A stretch of DNA of 64,000 nt, taken from contig NC_090363.1 of the NCBI RefSeq assembly GCF_035084215.1, positions 11,098,001 to 11,162,000 on the forward strand, given 5' to 3'. Source of the DNA: Heptranchias perlo (lineage: Eukaryota). Positions 37,595 to 50,884 of the stretch are shown piece by piece (position 1 is the first letter of the stretch; each line of letters begins with the position of its first letter). The translations under genes were made by a program, and so were the position numbers. A model generated the notes under the pieces. It saw only the letters and a program-made list of their open reading frames with translations, did no database searches and was not told the DNA's origin.

Positions 37595-38115
37595 GGGCTC
37601 AGGATTGGTCTCAGCCTCGCCCACCTTGTCTGTTTTGCCGGCCTGGGATGCGGGCAGTTCCTGCGGACGAGCCCCATCTCCTTATAGGCGGGGGCACCGC
37701 ACACCCTCCGATATCCAGAGGACGCAATGGGCCGTCCCCTGGTGACTCACATAAAACCCACCCTGGGTTTCCTCCTCCCGGGCCGGCTGGACGTAGGTCT
37801 GGTGCCGCCCTGGAGAGGATCCACCAGCAGGAATCTCCCGCCCACCGTGAGCCCCTTATTGAGGGCCAGGAACACAGCCCGCTACGACCTCAGGAAGAAC
37901 ACGGCCTTCCCGGACATTTCAGAGGCGGCGACGATGACTGAGGGGCCGACAACCCCAGACATGGTCTGCACACAGGCTTCAATGGGCATGTTGGGCTGAG
38001 TGTAGCTCTTGACCCCATTCTGTTTCGCAAAGAGGCGTAAAGGTGCCGGGGCAGCAGGAGCAGCTGCGGAGGCCACGCCCGCGTCCGTCCGGCTTGTACC
38101 GGGCACCGACGAAGG
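37595..38115 (-). mobile_element. Tx1 ORF1 fragment upstream of copy 2, with internal deletion near 37808
   Basis: Same ORF1 peptide; knuckle remnant CPAYKEMGLVRRNC. Confidence 0.8.
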
Positions 38116-38569
38116 TGGTGCCGCCCGATGAAAATTGGGAGCTGCACTTCACCCAAAGAGAGAGAGAGAGGGAAGGAAAGGGTGGAAGGAGGGAGAGAAA
38201 GAGAGGGGGAGAAAGGGAAGTAATGGCGGAAAGGAGGAGAAGGGAAAGAGGGAAGGAGGGAGAGAGAGAGGGAAGGAAGCAAGGAGGCAGACTGTAGGGA
38301 TGGGTTCCTGTAGAATCGGAGAAAACGGTGGGTTGGGTGGGGTGCACTCGACTGGTGTTTTTCCTCCTCTTCTTGGTTGGGGGACAGAGACGTCTTCACC
38401 CAGACAGCTGAAACTGCCGAGGCTCACTGCTCCACAAGATGTTCGTTGCAAATAGACTTCACGCAGGGCAGCTCCAGCTGTCCTGGGCCAGGCAATGGGG
38501 TTGTTTATAACCAGTATAGTTTTAAAATCGCACTCGCCCTTGTTCCGGCCTTCCCGCCCCCTCAATCAG

Positions 38570-38788
38570 ATGTAAACAATCTTACAACACCAAGTTATAG
38601 CCCAACAATTTTATTTGAAAATCACAAGCTTTCGGAGGCTTCCTCCTTCGTCAGGTGACATTCAACTGACGAAGGAGGAAGCCTCCGAAAGCTTGTGATT
38701 TTCAAATAAAATTGTTGGGCTATAACTTGGTGTTGTAAGATTGTTTACATTTGTCAGCCCCAGTCCATCACCGGCATCTCCACATCAT
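38570..38788. mobile_element. Penelope-like element terminal fragment: inverted pLTR (85-bp perfect arms, 11-nt spacer) with minimal hammerhead motif and 11-bp TSD
   Basis: Arms 38570-38654 and 38666-38750; core CTGACGA-A-GGAGG-AAG-CCTCC-GAAAGCTT-GTGA; CTCAATCAGAT at 38561-38571 and 38789-38799; absent at the homologous sites in copies 1 and 3. Confidence 0.85.
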
Positions 38789-39010
38789 CTCAATCAGATT
38801 GACAGTCCCCGGGCTCCTTCACTCCCAGCCCCGCCCCCTCAATCTGATTGACAGTCCCCGGGCTCCTTCACTCCCAGCCCCGCCCCCTCTGTCTGATTGA
38901 CAGTCCCCGGGCTCCTTCACTCCCAGCCCCGCACACTCAATCTGATTCACAGTCCCCGGACACCCTGACTCCTCGCCCCGCTCCCTCAGCCTGATTGACA
39001 GTCCCTGGGT
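38789..39010. promoter_or_regulatory. same 48-bp array (~5 units) upstream of copy 2
   Basis: Same unit; first unit interrupted by a Penelope-type insertion. Confidence 0.55.
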
Positions 39011-39085
39011 ATCGAAGCCGCGCTGTACCTGACCTGCGAGTTTTTACCAGGACAGTTTAGAGGGAGCTTTACTCTGCATCTAACC

Positions 39086-40475
39086 CATAAGACCATAAGA
39101 GATAGGAGCAGGACTGGGCCATTCGGCCACTCGAGCCTGCTCCGCCATTTAATGAGATCATGGCTGATCTGATTTTTACCTCAACTCCACATTCCCGCCC
39201 TTTCCACATTCATGACCCTCTGGGAGAAGAAATTCCTCCTCATTTCCGTCTGAAACGGGCGACCCCTTATTCTGAGACTATGCCCCCTAGTTTTAGATTC
39301 CCCCATGAGGGGTAACATCCTCTCAGCATCTACCCTATCGAGTCCCCTCAGAATCTTGTATGTTTCAATAAGATCTCCTCTCATTCTTCTAAACTCCAAT
39401 GAGTTTCCTCATAAGACAACCCTTCCATACCCGGAATCAACCTAGTGAACCTTCTCTGAACTGCCTCCAATGCAAGTATGTCCTTCCTTAAATAAGGGTA
39501 CCAGAACTGTATGCAGTACTCCAGGTGTGGTCTCACCAGCACCCTGTACAGTTGTAGCATGACTTCACTGCTTTTGTACTCCATCCCCCTAGAAATAAAG
39601 GCCAATATTCCGTTTGGCTTCCAGCTTACCTGCTGCACCTGTATGTTGACTTTTTGTGTATCATGTACGAGGACACCCAGATCCCTCTGTACCGCAGCAT
39701 TTTGTAGTATTTCTCCATTCAAATAATATTTTGCTTTTTTATTTTTCCTCCCAAAGTGAATGACTTCACATTTTCCCACATTATATTCCATCTGCCAAAT
39801 TTTTGCCCATTCGCTTAACCTGTCAATATTCCTTTGAAGACACTTTGTGTCCTCCTCGCAACTTGCTTTCCCACCTATCTTTGCATCATCAGCAAATTTA
39901 GCCACAAGACACTCTGTTTCTTCATCCAAGTCATTGATATATATTGTAAATAGTTGAGGCCCCAGCACTTATCCCTGCGGCACCCCACTAGTTACACATT
40001 GCCATTTTGAAAATGACTCTTTTATCCCAACTCTTTGTTTTCTGTAAGTAAGCCAATCCTCTATCCGTGCCAGTATATTACCCGCAACACCATGAACTCT
40101 TATCTTGTGCAGTCATCTTTTATGAGGCACCTTATTGAATGCCTTTTGGAAAACCCGATATACTGCATCCATTGGTTCCCCTTTATCCACTCTGCCTGTT
40201 ACTTCCTCAAAGAACTCGAATAAATTTGTCAGATATGATTTCACCTTCATAAAACCACGTTGAATCTCCTTCATTGTATTATGAGTCTCCACATGTCCTG
40301 CGACTACTTCTTTACGAATGGATTCTAGCATTTTCCGAATGACAGATGTTAGGCTAACTGGCCTATAGTCACCTGCTTTCGGTAACTCCCTTCTTGAATA
40401 AGGGTGTTACGTTTGCGGTTTTCCAATCCACTGGGACCTTTCCAGAATCTAGTGAATTCTGGAAGATTACAACAA
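39086..40475 (-). mobile_element. 5'-truncated CR1 LINE (RT domain and 3' end)
   Basis: LGPQLFTIYINDLD...KFADDAKIGG...LVRPHLEYCIQFW...RRMRGDLIETYKI; short-repeat tail (cttatggt) near 39090. Confidence 0.92.
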
Positions 40476-40979
40476 ATTGCAACCAACCCGTGCTGTGCCT
40501 GACCTGGGACTGTTTTTAGAGCAGTGTTGGCAGATCTCTGGGGGCCGATTGACTCAGTGCCGTCTGATTGGGGAGTGATGTGTGTTTTGGGATAAGATCA
40601 AATAAATGCAAAGAAAAAGAAGAAAAGAAAGAAACGAATACATAAGTTAGGTACCTCTGAAGAAGGCAATTAATCTCCTGAAAAAGAAAATGAAATAAAA
40701 CATAAATTTAACATTGTGCCATCACAGTGCGGTCAGTGAGCATATCTGCATTGTCACTTACTAATGAAGTGTATAATTTCAATATACTGTTCGGCCAGAG
40801 AACTTGGAATTTTATTCTGAATTTGGCACACGGTGTAATCCACCTGGGAGTACTTCATGTCCAACGTGAAAATGTTTTCCAGTTCGCAGCAAAGAGAATC
40901 CAACACTCGATGGATACTGGATGATACCAGCAAAGGTAGGTGGATAAAGGTGAGACTGAGTACAGTGATACTGAAATAC

Positions 40980-41915
40980 ACCGGGTGATAATGTTTGAGG
41001 TGCTTGAGGTGTTGGTATCGGTGGTCCAGATCTGGTCCATTGTCCGATGCTCCGCCACCACAATCATCCGAGTCATCGCCCACTTTGCCTGGAGTTCCAA
41101 GACAGACAGCGTCCACTGGGAAACCATGTCCAAGAACCCCAGACAAAAGGGTGAAAGGGCATCAACAATGCTGCCCTAATCCTGATGGCCACCTTTCTGC
41201 GTGACTGCCCCAGGATTTGGGTGGAGCCCCATTATGCAAACACCAAGTGTCACTACGTGCTCAGTTTCTACCTGTCCACCACACTGAGAAGATTAAGTTC
41301 CGTAGCCCTCCTTGTGCGTTCTTTCCTGCACCCACAGAATCTCAGCGCCACTGCGAGCTGTCGTCGATGCTGCAGTGGGAATTAGAACGTTGCCGAACTT
41401 GGACTGCCCCTTCACACAGAGAGTGTGGAGAGAGATGCGTTGATATTTGTCTCAGATCATCGCCAACCGCTCGGTAACACAGGAATCTGTGCTCTACAGG
41501 CTGTTCCCCGGGACGCAAACAGAGACAGATATCAACTGCTGATGGAAGACTATCAACTCAGTGAAGGAGGCCCTTTGGTCTGCCCAAAACCGAGTGGTCT
41601 TCCAGCTCAAGCACGACCGAGTGCTGCCGATTGGCACACTCCAAAGTCCAGGAGTACGTGCTTTGGAACGAACTGAAGTGAGGTGCGCTCTCCTCAAGGG
41701 CTCCATGGGGAAAGACCACCATGTAAGGCCATCCCACCTTGTATTGTACACCATATATTAGGAGATATGTACTGTGCTTGAATTGTAATATTGGGATCGT
41801 TTGTCAACGATCTGTATTGTATTGTTTTGTATTGTATTGCTTTCGAATTGTTTTTTTTTACATTGTATCTTTAAATTCTATCAAATAAAGTATACCTTGA
41901 ATTTTTTAAATAAAA
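40980..41915 (+). mobile_element. Tx1-like ORF2 3' fragment (duplicate)
   Basis: YANTKCHYVLSFYLS...KEALWSAQNRVVFQ; colinear with 18145-19335 with an internal deletion. Confidence 0.8.
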
Positions 41916-43641
41916 GAGTCTCTCTGTACCTTTAAAAACTCTGTCTCATGCACAAGTAATTGAAATATATTGTAGGACGGTGTGATTGTCTCTGTACCTT
42001 TAAATTCTCAGACTCACTGCACAGTTATTTCAAGTGTATTGAAGGGTGATGTGTGAGGGAGGAGAGTCTGTGAGGTGATGTGGGAGCAGCGCCTTGGTGC
42101 AGGGTGAGGATTGTGCTCTTTATTTTCTCTCTCCCCTCTTTCTTTCTCTTCCTTTCCGCTCCTTCCTTTCTCTCTCTTTTCATTCCTCTTATTTCTTTCT
42201 CTTTCTTCCAATTTCCCTTGCCTTGCCCCTCTCTCGCGTTCCTTTTTTCATCTCTCTGTTTTCACTTTCTCGCTCTCTCTTTTCTCTTTCTCTCTCTTTT
42301 CTTGCTTCCCTCTTTCATTCTTTTTTCATTATCTCACATTCATTTTTCTCTCTATTTACACTTTCTCGCTCTCTCTCTTTCCTTTCTCTCCTCTTTATCC
42401 GGCGAGAATAGTATGGGAGAGGGCCCCCACCACGGTCCAGGAATCGCAACCCCCTGGGGTAAATCTCCCTCACTGTGACCTGACCCCCATGGTATAATTT
42501 CCCCGCCCTCCCTGCCATCACCCCTGCAGTGCACTGGAGATTACAACACACAGGACCTTGCAATGCACCAGATGTTACTTCACTGGTGGTGTTCAGGCAG
42601 CTTCAAGAATCCAAAGTGGTGGCCCTTGTGGAGAAATGGAGACATGTTTTTGAGTATTTGGGATTTTAACTTTTATTTCCCAAGCTCTTACAAAGGGGAG
42701 GCTATTAACAACATATAGTCATGGCCACTAACTTTATTAACGTGACATAGTTGATGCAATAAAATGAGAATATTAACATTAATTATTGACTTACAAAAAA
42801 GGTAAGTAAAGAGCATGCATTACCTCTTGTTCTGATCAGCTGCCTTCTAATCGAATAAACACAGAGCTTCGCTCACACTGAGAGTGTTCTCTGCTTAATA
42901 GATTGTCAGGCTAGTGGTAGCAAGATCAGTCATATCAAAGTGATTGCAAAAGTATCAACTCCTCGATATTCTCGCTGGGACAATGACAGAAACGAAATAT
43001 ATCTGGAAAGTTACATTTCTGTGAAGTTATGGACATTGACATGAAATTAGCCCCAGTGACACTTGGATACACCCAAGGGAACTAAAACAAGATTTCAAGA
43101 TAATTACAGGTGAGGAAGGCCATTCTGCCCATCTTCATCCATCCATCCATCCAGAGAGATCCTAACATCCACCCATTGTAGCATCAAATTGTTTCTGAAA
43201 TGATTCCAGGGTTCTTGTCTCCATCGCTCTATCTGGAACCTCACTCCAAATGAGGATGACACTTTGGAGGGGAAACAAGATGGTAGTGCCCCCAAAAATT
43301 GTGGGCAGTGACAGAGGAGAATTAAAACATGGGCAATGCTCCCTCAATACTGCACTGAATTGTCAGCCTGGATTATGTGCTCAAATCTGTGGAGTGGAAG
43401 AGAGGCAGGAGGGTTCCATGGGAATGGGAACAATTGGACGGCTGTTTCAAAGAGCCGCCACAGGCATGATGGATTGAATGGCCTCCTGCGCCGTATGATT
43501 CCATGTGAGGCTGGTTTGTATTTTAAATGGGATTACCATTTGACTGGGGACCATCCGCACCACCTGTTACTGAGTCCGACGCCCAGCACTTTGCAGCTGG
43601 CAGGAGGCAGATAGGCGGTGTGGAATTATGGGATGGACCTG

Positions 43642-46600
43642 TTAGTGACCTTTAACCCCGCAGATTGTCAGTGGTGCTGAGTTTTTCACGCCGTCACTCC
43701 GTCCCGGATGGAAGATCGGAAAAATTCTTTCGGTGAAAGTGTGGGCGAAAGTGTGGAGATGGGACATGTTGTCCGCATTGTAAAATGACACCTGTCCGCC
43801 CTCATAGTCCAGGTACACCCCGATCGTCCGGGGCTTCACACTCGGGGTGAGGGGAGTGTCACAGGGGGAGGTGGCGGCAAAATAACCACTTCCAGGATCC
43901 AGCCACACAATCCAATATCCGGACTCAGGTCTCGGGTCGATGTTCCCTTTCCTGTTAACAGACTCTCGGACCACACCCACACCCCACCAAGTCTTGTTCA
44001 CCACCTCCACCTCCCAGTAGTGTCTCCCTGATGTGAATCCCTTCGATCCCAGGACACAGGCCCAGAGATCAAACCTCTCCGGGGAGTTAGGGAGCGGCTG
44101 CCATTTCCCTCCGTCTCTCACACTGGTCCGGTCCTCAGACACCATGAGCAGTGGATGGGCTGTGTTCGGATCCAGAATCAGAGAGGCTGGAGCTGGGGGA
44201 AGGTTAAAATAACACAGTCAGTGAGTGAGTTTCTTGCTGTGATTCATTCAAACACTTTCCTGTTTAAAGTGCCCACTCGGGGGATTCCCGGGACCTCGGG
44301 TGTTTTTACAGGGCTCCAGGTTTTGTTATTGGAATCTGCTCCCACCCGGGGGTTTACGCTCCTGGGGCCGCTCTGACTTCCCAACTCGGTCAGAGCTGAG
44401 CGGGGACCGGGCGCACATTGTGTTTGATTTTTGTCTTTCTTCAGGCCCTCGCGCCCTGCTTCGACACCGACCCGCCACAAGGAACCCAGCGCCCCCTCGC
44501 CCTCCACACTCCCCACCCCACCCCGAGTCCCCTGCGGTTCTCAGCCCCTGCAGAGTGACCCACGGGCCTGTAGAAATACACAAGGAACCGGCATCAAGAG
44601 GCTCCGATGTGACTTGGAGGCACAATCTCGGCCCGGAGATGTTACCCCTGATATCCCACATCACCAATCAGCGCGGTCGATGAGGGGAGATGGGGGTGGG
44701 GGGGAGGGGGGAGGCGGAAATAAGATCCCAGAGGGAAAGAAAGGGAAGAAAAGGTGAAAGAAGTAAAATGTGAGGAGGGGAACGACTGCAGAAGAGAAGA
44801 AAGAACCGAGAGAGAGTGGAGGGGAACTAAACTCAACAGAGGGAATGGGAACAAGAACAGATCCGGCAGAGGGCGGGAGGGAAAGAGCTAAGGCGGGGCA
44901 AACAGTGAGGAAGGGAGAGAGTAAAGAGTTCAAGGGGAAAAGGAGAAAAGCAAGGGGATAAAGAAGCTGCGGCCCACAACTCGATGAGTCCAACAGCCTG
45001 ACCCGGAACACGAGATAAACTGGAACAACCGGGCAGCCCCCAGATTCAGAGAAACCCGCCCCCAACAGAAAAAAACACCCTGGACACAACAAACCGACAT
45101 CACCCTGAATACAGTCCATCAACAAAATTATATCCAGGAATCTCAACAGACTCCAACACAAAATCAGCCAAAACAAAACGGATCTACATAAAAGGAGAGG
45201 TGGGAGTGTCATTTATACAGGAGACCCTCCTCACCACATGTGAACTGCTGCAGCCACAACTGCAGCATCAAAGCAGGGCAAGGACATCATTGCTTGTGGC
45301 TGTCAAGGTAACGGTGGCACTGAACTTTTATGGCTTTGGATCCTTTCAGGCCTCTGCTGGCGAAATTCTTGACAGAGAGAAGCAGAATGAGCGAGCACGA
45401 GTGTGTGCCGCATTGCAGGCTTGCCCATGGTGCAGGGTGTAATTGAATGCACGCATATAGCCATGTGTGTTCCATACCTCAACTCAGCCATCTTTATGAG
45501 CAGATGGTGTTCCACTCCCCCAATGTGCAGCTGGTGTGCGACCACACGCAGTGCATCATGCAGCTCAATGCCCGCTACCCTGGCAGCAGTCATGGTGCCT
45601 TCGTTATGCGGCAGTCCAACATCCCAACGATCTTTGAACCGGCTCTGGAAGTCATTGTAGGCCTGCTCTGCGTGTGTGCCTGACCGCAGACATGATCCAC
45701 CTCATGAGGGGATAGCCCTTGTCATTGGGTGACAAGGGCTATCCCTCTCATGAGGTGGCTTATGTCTGCCGTCAGGCACACACACAGAGCAGGCCTACAG
45801 TGAGAGCCATGCAGCCACATGAAACGTCATCGAGCACACCATAGGCATCTTACAGTAACGCTTCTGCTGCCTGGACCGTTCTGATGGGGACCTGCATTAC
45901 TCAGCTGAGCAGGTGTCTACATTCCTCATGGTATGTTGCCTGCTGCAGAACCTCGCCCTTATGAAGGAACAGCCCTTGCACCACCAATCTGGCAAGACCC
46001 TGAGCCAGAGGCAGAGGGGGAGGAGGACGTGAAGGAAGTGGAGGAAAAGGATGAGGAGGAAGAGGATGAGTCAAGGATGCAACAAGATGCACAGGCCCTG
46101 TCAGCCAGGGCTCTGCATGCTCACCTTATTCATGAGCGATATCTGTAACCTCATTGACACCTCCCAACTCACCAATAGTCTTACACTCCTCACCTTTCCT
46201 CTCCCTCATGACCATCAAATCGCCCTCCATATGATTACACATTGCTTCCTCCCTCAGCTTATCACATAGATAAAAACCAACACCAGCTGCGACTTCAAAT
46301 ACAAATTCATAACGTTACACATTAACTCAAGTATAAAACATTACATTATTCACCCTTGTGAATTCCCTCAGTGACTGTCGTTCGTCTGCCTTTCCCCTTA
46401 CTGGTGCTCCTACGAGGTGAATCCCCTGTGCCTGGAGCGTAGGTAGTGGAAGGCTGCTGACCTTCAATTGAGGTGTGTGTAGATGGACTTGGAGGACAAA
46501 TACAAGCAGCTCTTGGCCAGGAGAGTCCGGCTTCAGCCTGCACCATCTCAACATGGGATGCAGCAGTCTGGCCTGGCTGGCTGACAGGCAACAGCAAGGG

Positions 46601-49600
46601 CACTGACAGAGTGGCAGGGATGGGAGCAGGAAAGCTGTCATCTGGAGAGAGGACAGCAGGTTTGACTGCCATGGCACCACTGCCTCTCGAATGGGGCAGC
46701 GTCTCATCAATCCTGGTGATCAACTGAAGAGCAGATGGATGGAGTGCTCTGACGCCTTGGAAGCCCCGTTCCACAGTGGTGCCAACAGCCACGATTGCAG
46801 CAGTCTGCACTTCTAAAGCAGCAGTCCGAGCTTCAACTGAAGCATGAAGACCTTTGATGACATTGGATGGTGCTGCAATGGAAGCCTCGGTATCGGCCAT
46901 CAGGCATTTCATCATATGGGTTCCTCAGCTGTGCTGATGGAGGTGTTCACCGATTCCAAGCTCTGCGCAAAGCCCTGTGCCAAGTTTGAAATGACTCCTC
47001 CATGCCCCTTGACCCTGCACACAGGCTTTCTGGCAGACTTTCCAGTGCACCAAACATTTGGTGGTGTGTGCCCATCAGATGTCCTCTGTAGCCTGGCCCA
47101 TCACACTCATCATCTGACAGCAGAATCATTGAGTGACCTCACACTCCGTTAGAGCTGGCATCTGTGTTTTCTGTTCACTCTGCACCGGCTCCTGTGAACT
47201 TGTGCCCAATGTCTCACCTCGTGCAGATCCGTACTGTAACCTAGCCTCTACAATACGCGTAGCGTCAGTATCTGAGCTGTTGGCTGTGAGTGTCAGAACA
47301 AGTGATGGTGTGGCTTCATTGTCATTGTCTTCCTCCTCCACCTTGGATGGTGCCGGCTCCAGTCTTGGGTATCTGCAATGACGAAAGGAGATGGGTTGAG
47401 TTGTTGAGCTGGGAGAGGAGCAAATATGACGTACGTGCTGACACCATCTACAGCACGTGAGTCAGAAAAGACTGTGCGATGTGGGAAAAAAGAAGGAGGG
47501 TGAGGTGTGTCGAAACACTCTTCATTGTGAATATCGCGCTACTAGTGGCCACGGCCGCAGCGACGGCCTGCCCAATTATCAGAAGCACGGTCTCCTCCAG
47601 GGGAGTGCAGATGTGCAGTTGGGCCCGTCCTCCCTCAGGTCTTTCATGCTACCAGCTGTTATGTGCCACCTCATCCTGAAAGACAGAGGGAAGATTACCA
47701 GTGAGTGTCCTGCGAGGTGTTTGGGTGATGTGCCTGTCATTGGCGAAGAGCTGCCAGTGTGTGTGACCAGTGAGTGGTGGGTCTGTGGATTTTAAGCATG
47801 ATAATATTTGAGGGTGAGCTGCAGCCTGCAAAGTGCTGCATTGCGTATGGATGGGCGATGTTTGTTAGTCAATGAGTGACTGGGGGTTAGGGTTCGGGTT
47901 AGGGTTAGGGGGTGTCGTGGTGGATCAATGTTGCAGTTGGTAGAACGTGTCACTTGAAACTTGCATTCACTCACCTTGACCACTCGCATCAAATCATTGA
48001 ACTTCTTCCAGCACTGCACCCACGTGCGTGGTGCCATGCACCTGGCATTCACCTCCACGGCAACTTCCTCCCATTGCCTCCGCAGCTGGTGTCAAGACGA
48101 CTCCTGCCACCCTGGGGGGACAGGATGTCTCTCTGTTCATCCATTACCTCCACCAGGGCCTCCACTGAGCTGTTGTGGAACCTCGATGCACGCTCTCTTG
48201 CCGGTCCAGCCATTTTACTTGTTATCCTCCACTGCTTGCATTTGCAGTGCACTTCCCCTTTAAGAGGCGCAGGCTGCCTTTAACTAGTCCTGGCCACGCC
48301 CCATATTGAGCCTCCTGGTGGGTGCAGCCTCTCGCCAGGGAGAGCGCTGGCTGCAGGTACAAATCATGGAAATGAGCCTGAAGCACGAATCGCGCCTGCT
48401 GCCTGCATCGGAAACACCGGGCGCGGGTTAATCGCACACCGCGACCCTCGCGCCCGAATTCGGGCGTGAGCGAATTTAACCCCCACTCTCTTTGCCATAA
48501 TCTGATTCGTTATAATAAGAAATGAGCTATAAATCAGGACAAAGAAATATATAGGACTTTTACCGGGGTAGATGGCATCAATCATTTCTCTCCACACTGT
48601 GTACTGTAAAGGGCTGTTGAATTTTTCGATAGACAGGACGCCATTTGCTAATGACAGTATTTGACCATCCTCGCTAATCCTGCAAATATTCAACAATTGG
48701 TTATAAATTGACCATAAACACCTTTCTGAGTCATTTTTCCAAACTGTGCAGAGTTTCAGTAAAGAACATGTCCTACCTCCTCTTCTGACAAGTTTTCTCC
48801 TGAAATAAATAAAACACAAATCTGAGTTGACAGAAACTGACCATTTATATCCAGACAGCAGAATTACTCCAATTTTTGACAATCTGTTGATAATTCTGAA
48901 TTCTCACTGCTGCCGACACACAGATAGAAAGATCACATTACAAAAAGGGACAGAAATATCGGAGAAAGTGCAAAAAAGTCCATGTCGGATATATTTGAAA
49001 GCCGGACGGAAGAAATTACACCCAAATTATTAAATGCTTCTCATAGAAACAGGGTATGGCTGAAAAATCTTATTTATGTCAGACCATGGAAATCAGCATC
49101 AGTCCCCCTCACAGACACAGTGACTCTCACACCCACCGGACCAGACACACCAACACAATCACTCAATGTAACTGTAACTGCATTGCAATGTGAGTTTCAG
49201 GAGAATATTAAACTCTTGGGCAACACGGAAATAATTACAAGCAAGATATCAAGATCAGGGCAAATCATTCCCGGGGTGGTTGCTGGTATTCCCGGGATTC
49301 TGTAGACATTGTGTGAGTCCGATTAGTTCGGAGAAAATAGCAGATCCGCCTCGGAATAGACAAAAAATTATCTGGAAATTCTGCATTTACTTCAAAATTC
49401 TTGCCCATCATTTTGTGACTGTGAACATTCACTGAACTAAACTGAAATATAATCCTCACCTTCAGAAATATCACTCCGTCTTTTTCCTCCATCTGTTTTT
49501 GGAACTTTGAAAGCTTCTCCTGAATAGAATATAAATTCTCTTGAATTTCTCGAAGATTTTCCTCCATTATTTCTAGAATCCTCTCCTCTTCTTCCCTGAG

Positions 49601-50381
49601 ATCTCTGATTAAACGCTGCTCTTTCTCAGTGAGAATCTGGTGCATTTTAGCGAACTCGGATGTGATGCGGGTCTGCAGACTGCTCGACTGTTCCTACAAA
49701 ATGAAATGTGAAAAATAATAATGTACCGCGAAAAAGGAACAAAACTAACCGAGATCGCAGAGAATCAGCACAGGGAGAACTCACCCTAACTTCGGAAATC
49801 TGCTGCTTCTGTTTCAGTTCAGTTTTCAGAACCGCCGTTTTCTTCTCTGTGAGAGAATCGAAGGAAGATTTCAGCTGATCCTGGGATTGGGAGAAAAAAT
49901 CACAGAATGAAAGTGTTCGACCATGAAAATGTGATCAAATAATCAGGTGATCAAATCTGTTCGCTTTTACCTTATAGATTTCAACAGCTTCTTTAATCGG
50001 CATGAAGCGGTGGTCTCTGTGTTCCCGCGCATCTCTACAAATCATACAGATCAGTTTCTTGTCAGTTTCACAAAACAGCTTCAGTTCTTCCTGATGTTCC
50101 TCACAGTGAAGTTTACTTTCCTTCTCTTCCGGATTCAGCTTTAATTTTCGAGCTTTCTCGGCCAGATTCACTAAGGCCCGATTGACCCTGAAGTTTCTTT
50201 CCGGAAACTCCTCTTTACATTCCGGGCAGCAGTTTGTTTCCTTCTGTTCACAACACTGTGCGATACAGGAGCGGCAGAAGTTGTGCCCACACTCCAGTAT
50301 AACCGGATCAGTGAACAAATCAAGACAGATGGGACAAATTGCCTCCTCGGTCCAACTCTCTGCCTGCCGTCTGGAAGCCAT
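43642..50381 (-). CDS. TRIM paralogue copy 3, intact 476-aa RING-Bbox2-CC-PRY/SPRY protein
   Basis: Exons 50381-49971, 49880-49785, 49693-49460, 48799-48777, 48679-48564, 44192-43642; GT-AG, same lengths as copy 2. Confidence 0.93.
45190..48484 (+). mobile_element. most complete Harbinger copy, in intron 5 of copy 3
   Basis: HARBI1-like frames ~45200-46148; convergent multi-exon Myb/SANT gene ([12 protein letters not shown]...[11 protein letters not shown]; last exon ends EGIHKGE* at 46346). Confidence 0.88.
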
Positions 50382-50884
50382 GTTCACACTCAGCACTTCC
50401 TCATTCAAACCGCTTTTACCTTCGATGTTACTGGGCTCCCGAACACCTTCAGACCACAAACCCTCTGGTGAATCACCGTGTAAGATACAGATCCATAAAC
50501 TGAATTGTGTTAATGATTGTAGCCGCTCACCCTAAAATACAAAGTGACATAAATGTCAAGGAGCTGTCTGGAAGCTGTGATCAGTTTCAGTCCTTCCTGA
50601 TTCAAACTGCTGGTGTCATGTTTCTGTGGGTGGATCCAGCCCCGGTTCCCAGTCTGAGATCACTCCAGAGTCCCTGGAAGAGCTGTTCACATCTGGATGA
50701 AATTTTATCACATTTACAAAGAGAAAAGACATTCGATGAAGTTTGGGTGTGCACCCATCATCAGACTGAGAGACAAACGGGTATTTTACTCAATCTGGGA
50801 AAACGGAGAGTGAAAAAGGAGGAGGGGAGAGGAGAGATCAATGCTGATTTGAAAGAAATTGTTCGGTTGCATGGATCGCTGGCT

